Of a DNA stretch of 64,000 nt, positions 49,509-57,703 are shown piece by piece. Under the pieces are notes generated by a model. That model saw only the letters and a list, made by a program, of their open reading frames with translations, was not told the origin of the DNA and ran no database searches. The first letter of the stretch is position 1; every line of letters begins with the position of its first letter. Source of the DNA: an uncultured bacterium (GTDB lineage: Bacteria; Acidobacteriota; Aminicenantia; UBA2199); contig CBDUZW010000015.1 of assembly GCA_965371805.1 (NCBI GenBank), positions 24,287-88,286 on the forward strand, given 5' to 3'. The translations under genes were made by a program, and so were the position numbers.

Positions 49509-51340
49509 GTAATGGCACTTATGGTGCATTTAATGCAAGGCTATTAACCCCAATTCAGATTGCTAGAAAATTTGTCCCATTACCTCAATTTCAAAATTTA
49601 GTACATAGTTCACATTCAGTTTTACTGGGTCCAAGGGGTTGTGGCAAAACCACATTATTTAAAATGCTTAGTAGGCCAGCATTAGAAACGTGGAAAACAG
49701 AGAGAAGATCACAATATAAAAAATATAATCCATTTGAATATCCAGAATTTGAAGCAATTTATATACCTTCTGACTCTAGATGGTCTTATGAGTTATTAGA
49801 AATAGAAAACGTCCCAAAATTAGATAAAAAATATGCTACACGTATTCAAAGAGTTATGGTTTCTATTAGTGTTTTAACTGCTATTATTGATACATTAATG
49901 TATATTAAAGAAATAGACAATGAATTAGAGATTAATATATGCAGCTCCATAATAAAGATATGTAAACTTAAAAATTGCCTTCCTAGATTTTCTCGTGTAA
50001 AATTATCACTAAATTTTATTGTCACTGAATTACGTGGCACACTAAATATGGGAAATATTGATATTTTAGATGATTATTTTAGTAAATTATCTGTAAGTTT
50101 TCTTGCACATACAATGGATACTCCTGGGGATTTATTAGATGAGATTAGTTTTATTATAAAAAATAAAATAACAATTCAAAAATGGGCATTATGTTTTGAT
50201 GAATTAGAGATAGCACCAGAATGGCTAAGAACTGAATTATTCGACTCATTAAGAAGTGTTAAACAAAATTGTATTTTAAAATTAACATATTATCCGGTTA
50301 TTCCAAAGGAGTATATAAGTATAGCTGAGCCAGGTGACGATTGGCAGCCTATTAGATTATGGTACTCACATATAACTGATTCTAGATCTTTCTGTGATAA
50401 TTTAACTACAGACTTTCTCCAAAAGTATTTTAAAAATGAGAATCAAAAAATCAATCCATCAATCTTTTTTTCATCATCAGATCTAATAGATGAGGAAATT
50501 AAAGAAATGAACCCAAAATCATATGAAAGAGGCTCAACATTTTATAACTGTATGAACGAATTGCAAAAAACAGATCATTCATTTTACAACTTACTAAAAA
50601 AGAAGAAATTGTCTCCTGAAGATCCATATACTGAATCTACAGAATTTAGAGCTCAATTTTTCAGGAAAATCAAGCAGACTGTTATTATGAGAAAAGAATT
50701 TATGAAAGGTGAAAAATTTAGATCCAGAAAGATAACTGATGTTTATTCTGGCAAAGAATCTATTTATGCAATTAGTGAAGCGAATCCGAGATGGCTTCTT
50801 AGATTATTAACAGATTTTGTTAATAGATGGAAAAGTGATCCCAAGGTTAATAAAAACAATCATCCAATAATTTCCAAAACCATTCAAGCTACAGTCTTAA
50901 ATAACCATTCACGACGTTTTCAAGCTAAATTAGGAGCAACTCCAACACCATCATCAGACTTAATAAAACTTTATAATATACATAACCTAACTCTTTTTGA
51001 ATTTCTTGACGTAATAGGAAAAAAAATCCAAGGCGAATTCTACAAAAAAGAGTTCCCATTAGAACCAGTAGGAAGTTTTTATGTAGATCCAACTATTGCA
51101 AAACCATTTATTTCAGTGATAAGAAAAGCAATTAATATTGGTGCTTTAGTTTATATAGGGAAAGCTGATGAAGAAACACCTTATGAAATAAGGAAATCAA
51201 GATTCAGGCTATCCTTTATGTTGGCCCCATTATACAAAATCCCATTAAGAACTTTACGAAGTATTTCCTTAAGAAATCTTTTATGGAAAGAGGATGAAAA
51301 TGATACTCCGAACCTATTTAATAAGAAAAAATTAAAATGA
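49505..51340 (+). CDS. P-loop NTPase, family unassigned (operon gene B)
   Basis: Walker A LLGPRGCGKTT (G42-T50, nt 49628-49654) and Walker-B-like ALCFDELE (D232/E233, nt 50186-50209). ATGA start/stop overlap with gene A. Confidence 0.75.
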   Translation: MSNGTYGAFNARLLTPIQIARKFVPLPQFQNLVHSSHSVLLGPRGCGKTTLFKMLSRPALETWKTERRSQYKKYNPFEYPEFEAIYIPSDSRWSYELLEIENVPKLDKKYATRIQRVMVSISVLTAIIDTLMYIKEIDNELEINICSSIIKICKLKNCLPRFSRVKLSLNFIVTELRGTLNMGNIDILDDYFSKLSVSFLAHTMDTPGDLLDEISFIIKNKITIQKWALCFDELEIAPEWLRTELFDSLRSVKQNCILKLTYYPVIPKEYISIAEPGDDWQPIRLWYSHITDSRSFCDNLTTDFLQKYFKNENQKINPSIFFSSSDLIDEEIKEMNPKSYERGSTFYNCMNELQKTDHSFYNLLKKKKLSPEDPYTESTEFRAQFFRKIKQTVIMRKEFMKGEKFRSRKITDVYSGKESIYAISEANPRWLLRLLTDFVNRWKSDPKVNKNNHPIISKTIQATVLNNHSRRFQAKLGATPTPSSDLIKLYNIHNLTLFEFLDVIGKKIQGEFYKKEFPLEPVGSFYVDPTIAKPFISVIRKAINIGALVYIGKADEETPYEIRKSRFRLSFMLAPLYKIPLRTLRSISLRNLLWKEDENDTPNLFNKKKLK

Positions 51341-52275
51341 ACTTATCCAGTATTAATCAAATTGAGTTTAAAAATTTACTATCTATGGACATAGATCTAG
51401 TAATTTGTTCAAGCGGTTTTGAGACCAGATCTTCTATACTTGCAAAGAGTTTGTCAATTTATAAGAATAGAATAGTTATTGGATTTAAAGAGCATAAAAA
51501 TGAAAATTCTAGAACAAAAAATGACAAAATATTTTCTTCTTATAAATATGAATATAAAGAATTATCAGGAAACTCAAATTATGAAGCAGGGAATTTATTA
51601 AATTTCTTATTAAATGGAATAAATAAAAGTACATGCAATATACTAATAGACATTTCTTCAATGACAAGATCATGGTATGGCGAATTTTTAAAGACCTTAT
51701 CAAAAAATAACAAATTTTCTCATTTAAATTGTTATTTTACTTATGTTCCTGCAGCAAACCTACAATCACATAATCACTACCCACCAAATGAAATTGTTGC
51801 TCCAATTCAAGGTTTCTCTGGTTTGGGGCTTGCCAATAAGCCTGTAGCACTTGTAATTGGTTTAGGACATCACGAAAATAGAGCTCTTGGAATTAATGAA
51901 GAATTAGATCCTGCTTTAACTTCATTATTTATTGCTGATCCAAGTGTCAATGAAATGTTTCCAGAAAGAGTAAGAAAAATGAATAAAGATATATTAGAAA
52001 TGGCTAATCAAAAATTTCAATTCAAATATTCTATATTTAATCCAATTTCAACATTTAACAAACTATCTTCTTTTTGTTCTGGTTTGTCAAAAAATTACCA
52101 TGTTGTTTTGACCTCTTTGGGCCCTAAAATTTTTGGACTTTGCTGTTTTTTAACAGCAATAAATGAACCAGAAATAAGTGTTTGGCGTATATCTGCAGGT
52201 TCAAGGACAAAGCAAGAAGATATAAAACCTAGTAATTATAAGCTTGTTGTTGAATCGAAATGGGTTTTAAATTGA
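51337..52275 (+). CDS. hypothetical protein, no recognisable motif (operon gene C)
   Basis: 312-aa ORF. ATGA overlap with gene B supports co-translation. No TM segment or signal peptide. Confidence 0.55.
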   Translation: MNLSSINQIEFKNLLSMDIDLVICSSGFETRSSILAKSLSIYKNRIVIGFKEHKNENSRTKNDKIFSSYKYEYKELSGNSNYEAGNLLNFLLNGINKSTCNILIDISSMTRSWYGEFLKTLSKNNKFSHLNCYFTYVPAANLQSHNHYPPNEIVAPIQGFSGLGLANKPVALVIGLGHHENRALGINEELDPALTSLFIADPSVNEMFPERVRKMNKDILEMANQKFQFKYSIFNPISTFNKLSSFCSGLSKNYHVVLTSLGPKIFGLCCFLTAINEPEISVWRISAGSRTKQEDIKPSNYKLVVESKWVLN

Positions 52276-52395
52276 TTATATAATTAGTAATATTAAAGTC
52301 ATTAAATTCAATATATTTTAAGTCAACAAATAAAATCAACTACTATCTAGTAATGTAATCTGAGATCAATCATTTTTAAACTAAACAAATTTATT

Positions 52396-53061
52396 TTATA
52401 TTTTTATTCTTAATTCAGCCATATTTTTATTTAGAGATATAACTTTCTCAGATTGAGAATGATTTGAGTATGTTTCCCAATCCGGAGTATACTCTTCTGA
52501 TTGATTGCCCCAGGTTGTCCACCCTTTTCTTGTTCCTCTTCCAAAAAGTTCTAAAAACGGTCCCCAACTGCAAGATTCAATAAGATCATATTGTTCATCC
52601 GGCTTCCTGCTATGCTCCCTTTTCCGAGAAGATATAATGTTTTCCTGACTTCTTCCTGGTTGTAATGTTCTAATGTTTTTACCACGTACACCAAATAGAA
52701 TTATTTCAGTAACATTTCTAAAATAAAAACCGACCCCGCGCCTGTCAGGTCCCCCATCTTTTCTAATTTTGTACCAGATAAGATTTGTTTTATATTTAAA
52801 TCCCCAACTTTCCATTACCTGCATACCTTCTGCTAAGAGTGCGTTTGGAACCCATAAATACAGATGTGCTTTTTCTTCTGCAATTGATTCTACCGGTAAA
52901 TCTTTTATCTCTTGCAATTTCATTGTGGGATAGCGTGATAATCTTTTATGTTCAGGTGCCATTTTACCTGTTCTGTTTTGAAACTGCCACGGAGGGTCAG
53001 CTAAAATTGTAGAAAATTTTTTTTCTCCAATAAATTTTATTAAGTCTTTAGATGCATTCAT
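52396..53061 (-). CDS. MT-A70 family N6-adenine DNA methyltransferase
   Basis: Motif IV ILADPPWQF (DPPW at nt 52987-52998), then YPTM, HLYLWV and WGF.YKT.LIW.K blocks typical of MT-A70. Confidence 0.88.
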   Translation of the reverse strand: MNASKDLIKFIGEKKFSTILADPPWQFQNRTGKMAPEHKRLSRYPTMKLQEIKDLPVESIAEEKAHLYLWVPNALLAEGMQVMESWGFKYKTNLIWYKIRKDGGPDRRGVGFYFRNVTEIILFGVRGKNIRTLQPGRSQENIISSRKREHSRKPDEQYDLIESCSWGPFLELFGRGTRKGWTTWGNQSEEYTPDWETYSNHSQSEKVISLNKNMAELRIKI

Positions 53062-53072
53062 ATTTATTCTTC

Positions 53073-53873
53073 CTATTCATTTTTTTCTTTTTTCCAATCT
53101 GTTATTATATCAGGTCTTATACCAAAAACTAAAACAGGACAACCACCATGACGACCAGCATTAAGACGATAAAGTAGTTTTCCCATCCATGTAGTACTTG
53201 CTCCATATTTTTGTTTACATAGTTTGGGACTGCCGTCATTATTATAATTAATGCTGCCATCCTTTTTTAATAATGGTGTAGTATCAAAAACAGAATTAAG
53301 TTTTTCACTTCGAGTTATTAAGGCAGCAACACTTATAAGCCCACATTCGTGAAACATCCTGAAAGCATATAAGTCACGATCATAAGTCTGGTCTTTACTA
53401 TTCCACTCCATATCCAATGCAATTTTACCTTTTACATAATCAATTTTATGCCCATCAATATAGTTATATAGATAAATCGGTTCCTTTTTTGGCAATTTAT
53501 GTTTTTTTAATTTTCCACTTGATAAAATTTCTTCACTTTGTTCATCAAGATGAACAATTAAATCACCTTTAATACGAGTTTCCAACCAATTATACGGACG
53601 TAACCGCTCTGAAAACTGTTTTGGGATAACTGATTCGTTCCCACCCGGCATTGCAATATCTTTTAGAGTTATTCTAAATTTTAACAATGCTTCTTCAATC
53701 TCATCCATTTCATTTGGAAAAGAAGTTTTCAAAATAGATGCAGCATGTCTGTAACTATAGACATCATATAGCTCAAGGACTTCCTTCTTAATATGTTTGC
53801 TGATTTCTTCTTTTGAATCTGCATTATGATTTGGAACTTGTGCTACATCATTGTCACTTATTACTTCTGCCAT
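53073..53873 (-). CDS. putative type II restriction endonuclease (PD-(D/E)xK-like core; possibly BamHI/BglII-like)
   Basis: Lies 11 nt upstream of the methyltransferase on the same strand. Candidate catalytic block IDYVKGKIALDMEWNSKD (D...E-x-N/K pattern). The ATG at 53873 (MAEVISDN) is preferred over the hydrophobic ORF extension to 53975. Confidence 0.5.
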   Translation of the reverse strand: MAEVISDNDVAQVPNHNADSKEEISKHIKKEVLELYDVYSYRHAASILKTSFPNEMDEIEEALLKFRITLKDIAMPGGNESVIPKQFSERLRPYNWLETRIKGDLIVHLDEQSEEILSSGKLKKHKLPKKEPIYLYNYIDGHKIDYVKGKIALDMEWNSKDQTYDRDLYAFRMFHECGLISVAALITRSEKLNSVFDTTPLLKKDGSINYNNDGSPKLCKQKYGASTTWMGKLLYRLNAGRHGGCPVLVFGIRPDIITDWKKEKNE

Positions 53874-54060
53874 ATACAGATTATGCAAAATAATAAAAAT
53901 GATGTCAAGAAAAAATGTGATAATTATAATAATGTCATCATTTTTTTTGACATTTTCCTGCTTATATTTTATCATTAGACCTAGGACAGACTCCTAGATG
54001 AAGTTTTAAAAAAAAGTGACAGCAAAAATAGAGTCAAATGACTTAAAAAGGAGATAAATA

Positions 54061-55587
54061 ATGTCAATTATTTTAAACGGTTCAGGATTAACAATTGAAA
54101 AAGTAGTAAAGATCGCAAGATTTAACGAAAAAGTTGAGTTGAGTTCAGATGCTTTGGAAAGAATTAAAGTATGCAGGGCAATGCTGGAAAAAAAGGTTGA
54201 TGCAAAAGAGATCATGTATGGTGTCAATACCGGGATCGGAGAGTTTTCAGAGGTAGTACTCGAAGATGATCAAATAGAGGACTTTCAGAAATATCTTGTT
54301 TATAACCATGCTGCAGGTATCGGTGATCCAGCTCCTCTTGAATATGTAAGAGGCGCAATGGCAGGAAGAATAAATGTCCATGCTCACGGAAACTCAGGCT
54401 GCAGACCCATCATTACCCAGACACTTATAGAAATGTTAAATAAGGGAGTAACTCCCTTTGTATGTCAAAAAGGCTCTGTTGGGGCGTCAGGAGATCTGGC
54501 TCCAATGTCTCAGGTAGCACTCCTATTAATGGGAGAAGGAAAAGCCTATTATAAAGGTGAATTACTTGATGGAAAAGTCGCAATGGATAAGGCTGGAATT
54601 CCAATTCCAGGATTAAAAGCAAGAGATGGTCTTGCTACAATAAATGGTTCTAATGTTTTAACTGCAATGAGTGCAATCTTTCTTTATGATGCATTTAACT
54701 GGATGAAACAGGCTGAAATCGCAGCAGCTATGTCATTAGAAGCTCTAAAAGCAAATATGAAACCATATACTCCTCTCTTACATGAAGTAAGAGGATTTAA
54801 AGGTGCAATCCGTTCTGCAAAAACAATATTAAAAATGGTAAAAGGCGGAGATCTTGTTGAAGGCAAGGTTAAGTGTAAGGTTCAGGACGCTTACTCTATG
54901 AGATCAACACCACAGGTAATCGGAGCTGCTGTTGATGCCTTGGAATATGGAAGATCACAGGTTGAAATTGAATTAAATGGTGTTGGTGATAACCCGATAT
55001 TCTTCCCTGAAAAAGGAATTCAGATTTCAGGTGCAAACTTTCAAGGATCCCCTGTTTCCGTACCAATGGATATGGCAGGAGCTGTTGTAACAATGGTAAG
55101 TGTTATGTCAGAAAGAAGGATGAACAGATTAAATAATCCGGCATTAAGTGTGGGACTCCCGGCATTTTTAACAAAGGGTGCAGGTATGTTCTCAGGTCTT
55201 ATGTTAAGTCAATATACTGCTGATATGCAGATAGTTGAGCAGAGAATTTTGTCAGCTCCTGCCTCTATCCAGTCAATCCCTGCAGCAGCAGATCAGGAAG
55301 ACTTTGTCTCAATGGGCATGAACACTGCAATTAAGAATTTCCAGATTCTGGATAATGCCTATGGTATTTTAGGAATTGAATTAATGGCAGCGGCTCAGGC
55401 TCTTGATTTTAGAGAATTTAAATTTGGAAAAGGGGTTACAAAGGCAAAAGAAGTAATTAGAAGACATGTTGACTTTCTTGAAATTGACCGCCCACTCTAT
55501 GATGATCATACAAATATGAAAGAGCTTGTAAAATCATGTGAAATATTAGAAGAAGTGGAAAAAGAGATAGGAAGTTTGGATTTATAA
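54061..55587 (+). CDS. hutH: histidine ammonia-lyase family (MIO-dependent aromatic amino-acid lyase/mutase)
   Basis: MIO-forming GSVGASGDLAPMS, YGVNTGIGEFS, INGSN, QDAYS.R..PQV, NPALS and QEDFVSMG. Alignable by eye to Bacillus HutH along its full length. Confidence 0.85.
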   Translation: MSIILNGSGLTIEKVVKIARFNEKVELSSDALERIKVCRAMLEKKVDAKEIMYGVNTGIGEFSEVVLEDDQIEDFQKYLVYNHAAGIGDPAPLEYVRGAMAGRINVHAHGNSGCRPIITQTLIEMLNKGVTPFVCQKGSVGASGDLAPMSQVALLLMGEGKAYYKGELLDGKVAMDKAGIPIPGLKARDGLATINGSNVLTAMSAIFLYDAFNWMKQAEIAAAMSLEALKANMKPYTPLLHEVRGFKGAIRSAKTILKMVKGGDLVEGKVKCKVQDAYSMRSTPQVIGAAVDALEYGRSQVEIELNGVGDNPIFFPEKGIQISGANFQGSPVSVPMDMAGAVVTMVSVMSERRMNRLNNPALSVGLPAFLTKGAGMFSGLMLSQYTADMQIVEQRILSAPASIQSIPAAADQEDFVSMGMNTAIKNFQILDNAYGILGIELMAAAQALDFREFKFGKGVTKAKEVIRRHVDFLEIDRPLYDDHTNMKELVKSCEILEEVEKEIGSLDL

Positions 55588-55596
55588 TTAAACCGT

Positions 55597-55626
55597 AGAG
55601 ACACAAGGCGCAAGCCTTGTGTCTCT
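55597..55626 (+). terminator. perfect 13-bp hairpin with GCAA tetraloop between hutH-like and menG (terminator or RNA stabilising/processing element)
   Basis: AGAGACACAAGGC-gcaa-GCCTTGTGTCTCT. No T-run follows it (GGGAAAAAC). Confidence 0.4.
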
Positions 55627-55635
55627 GGGAAAAAC

Positions 55636-56343
55636 ATGGACATTTCAAATAAGGACAAATCCTTTAAGATCTTCGACAGTATCTATGCAAAATACGATCT
55701 CTTAAACAGATTACTCTCTTTTGGGCAGGATATCTTATGGAGAAATAAGATCTGTAAATTGCCTGTAAAAAAAGAACATCAGGTACTACTTGATCTGGCA
55801 ACAGGGACAGGAGATATTCTCTTTACTTTCTTAAAAAAGCGCAAGGATATCAAATATGCAATCGGTCTCGATATGTCAATAAATATGTTAAAAGAGGCAG
55901 AAAAAAAATCCATTTACAAAAATTTTAATAATAAATCCTCCTTTCTTAGAGGAGATGCTAATCTTATTCCAATTTCCAGAGAAAAAATTGATTTCGCTAC
56001 AATGGCCTTTGGGATCCGCAATATAACCAAACCGGAAGTGGCCTTAAAAGATATTAAAAGAGTATTAAAAATAGGTGGTAAAGCGATAATATTAGAGTTT
56101 TCACTCCCAAAAAATAGTATTATGAAGCTCCTTTTTCTCTTTTATCTGCGCAATATCGTCCCTCTGATCGGTAGAATTGTCTCAGGTGATAAATATGCCT
56201 ATAGATATCTCAATGAAACAATTGAGGATTTTCCATATGGAGAGAATTTCTGCAGAATAATGGAGCAGGTTGGATTCTCAAATGTGGACTTTAAGCCTCT
56301 TACATTCGGTATTGCAACAATTTACACGGGTGAAAAAAAGTGA
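55636..56343 (+). CDS. menG: demethylmenaquinone/ubiquinone-menaquinone C-methyltransferase
   Basis: YDLLNRLLSFGQDILWR, SAM motif LLDLATGTGD, and FGIRN. Confidence 0.88.
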   Translation: MDISNKDKSFKIFDSIYAKYDLLNRLLSFGQDILWRNKICKLPVKKEHQVLLDLATGTGDILFTFLKKRKDIKYAIGLDMSINMLKEAEKKSIYKNFNNKSSFLRGDANLIPISREKIDFATMAFGIRNITKPEVALKDIKRVLKIGGKAIILEFSLPKNSIMKLLFLFYLRNIVPLIGRIVSGDKYAYRYLNETIEDFPYGENFCRIMEQVGFSNVDFKPLTFGIATIYTGEKK

Positions 56344-57692
56344 CAAAGTCTTTTGATATAAAAAAACTTAAATCTGAATTATTAAAAAAAGTGACAAATA
56401 AATTTGAGAGAAAGCAGGTAAATGAATCAATATTAAGGGTTAAAGTTAAAATCCCTTTCATAGCGCCTCTAAAATGGTTATCTATGCAGTCAGAAAAAAC
56501 ACAGATATTTTTTTCCGGTAGAGACCGGAATGATGAAACAGTGGCGGCAATCGGATTTATACACATGGTCCAGGGGTCGGACATTCAAGATCAGAATAAC
56601 CTTTTAAAAGAGATGAAAACAAATCTAAAAGGGTCTGAATTAAAATATTACGGCGGTATAAGCTTTCCTGAAAAGACAATTGGCATGGAGTGGGAATCCT
56701 TCGGGACCTTAAAATTTGTTATTCCAAAATTTGAAGTCATAAGAAAAGAAGAAGACACATATTTTGCCTATAATTTTGTATGTATAAAAGATTTAGAAAA
56801 TACTCTAATAGAACTGGAAGAGGATTTTGATAAATTACATTTTGATTTGAAACAAATTAAACTTGAATTTGAGAAACCACAATCTACTATAACGACTCCA
56901 AATTATGATCAATGGGCTAAGACTGTCATTAACATAACAAATTCGATAAATTCCAAAAAATATAATAAAATTGTTCTGGCTAGAAAAAAGGACTATGGCT
57001 TTAAGAAGATTGCAAACCCTGCAGCCATCTTAATGAATTTAAAAGAAGCCCTTTTCAGCAGGTATAATTTTCTCTTTCAATTTAAAAAAGAAGCCGCTTT
57101 TATTGGTTCCTCAATGGAAAGATTATATAAGAGATCAGAGAGAAAAATAGAGAGCGAAGGAATTGCCGGTTCAATAGAAAGGGGACAGGATGAAGTCTCT
57201 GATAAGAATCAGTCAGATTTATTGTTGAAATCAAAAAAAGACAATCTGGAGCAGGATTTTGTTGTAAGTTTTATTCAAAAAAACCTCTCTGTTTTATGTG
57301 AGCAGTTAAATTATTCAAAAAAGGAAATTTTAAAACTAAAAGAGAGTTTCCATTTGAAATCAATCTTTACAGGATTTTTAAAGGCTGATGTTACAGATAT
57401 TGATATTATAAATAATTTACATCCCACTCCTGCCGTTGGCGGCGCACCATGGTCCGTGACCTCAGACCTCTTTTCGCAATACGAACCTTTTCACCGTGGC
57501 TGGTATGCAGGTCTGGTTGGCTACATCGGAGCAGACTCAGCTGATTTTTCAGTTGCATTAAGATCCGGACTAATTTATAATAATACCTTATCGCTCTATG
57601 CAGGTGTTGGAATTGTACAGGGATCTGAACCTGAGAAAGAGTGGGAAGAAGGAAATTGGAAAATTAAAAACTATGAAGAAATTTTCACCTGA
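56340..57692 (+). CDS. menF: isochorismate synthase
   Basis: GTG start in a GTGA overlap with menG. Chorismate-binding block LHPTPAVGGAPW, GWYAG.VGY, and LR. Confidence 0.85.
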   Translation: MTKSFDIKKLKSELLKKVTNKFERKQVNESILRVKVKIPFIAPLKWLSMQSEKTQIFFSGRDRNDETVAAIGFIHMVQGSDIQDQNNLLKEMKTNLKGSELKYYGGISFPEKTIGMEWESFGTLKFVIPKFEVIRKEEDTYFAYNFVCIKDLENTLIELEEDFDKLHFDLKQIKLEFEKPQSTITTPNYDQWAKTVINITNSINSKKYNKIVLARKKDYGFKKIANPAAILMNLKEALFSRYNFLFQFKKEAAFIGSSMERLYKRSERKIESEGIAGSIERGQDEVSDKNQSDLLLKSKKDNLEQDFVVSFIQKNLSVLCEQLNYSKKEILKLKESFHLKSIFTGFLKADVTDIDIINNLHPTPAVGGAPWSVTSDLFSQYEPFHRGWYAGLVGYIGADSADFSVALRSGLIYNNTLSLYAGVGIVQGSEPEKEWEEGNWKIKNYEEIFT

Positions 57693-57703
57693 AAACGATT
57701 AAA

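Noticed and set aside
54006-54227. 73-aa minus-strand ORF overlapping the hutH-like start
   Set aside because: It is antisense to a strongly supported CDS and its RBS region, and its translation is low-complexity and hydrophobic.
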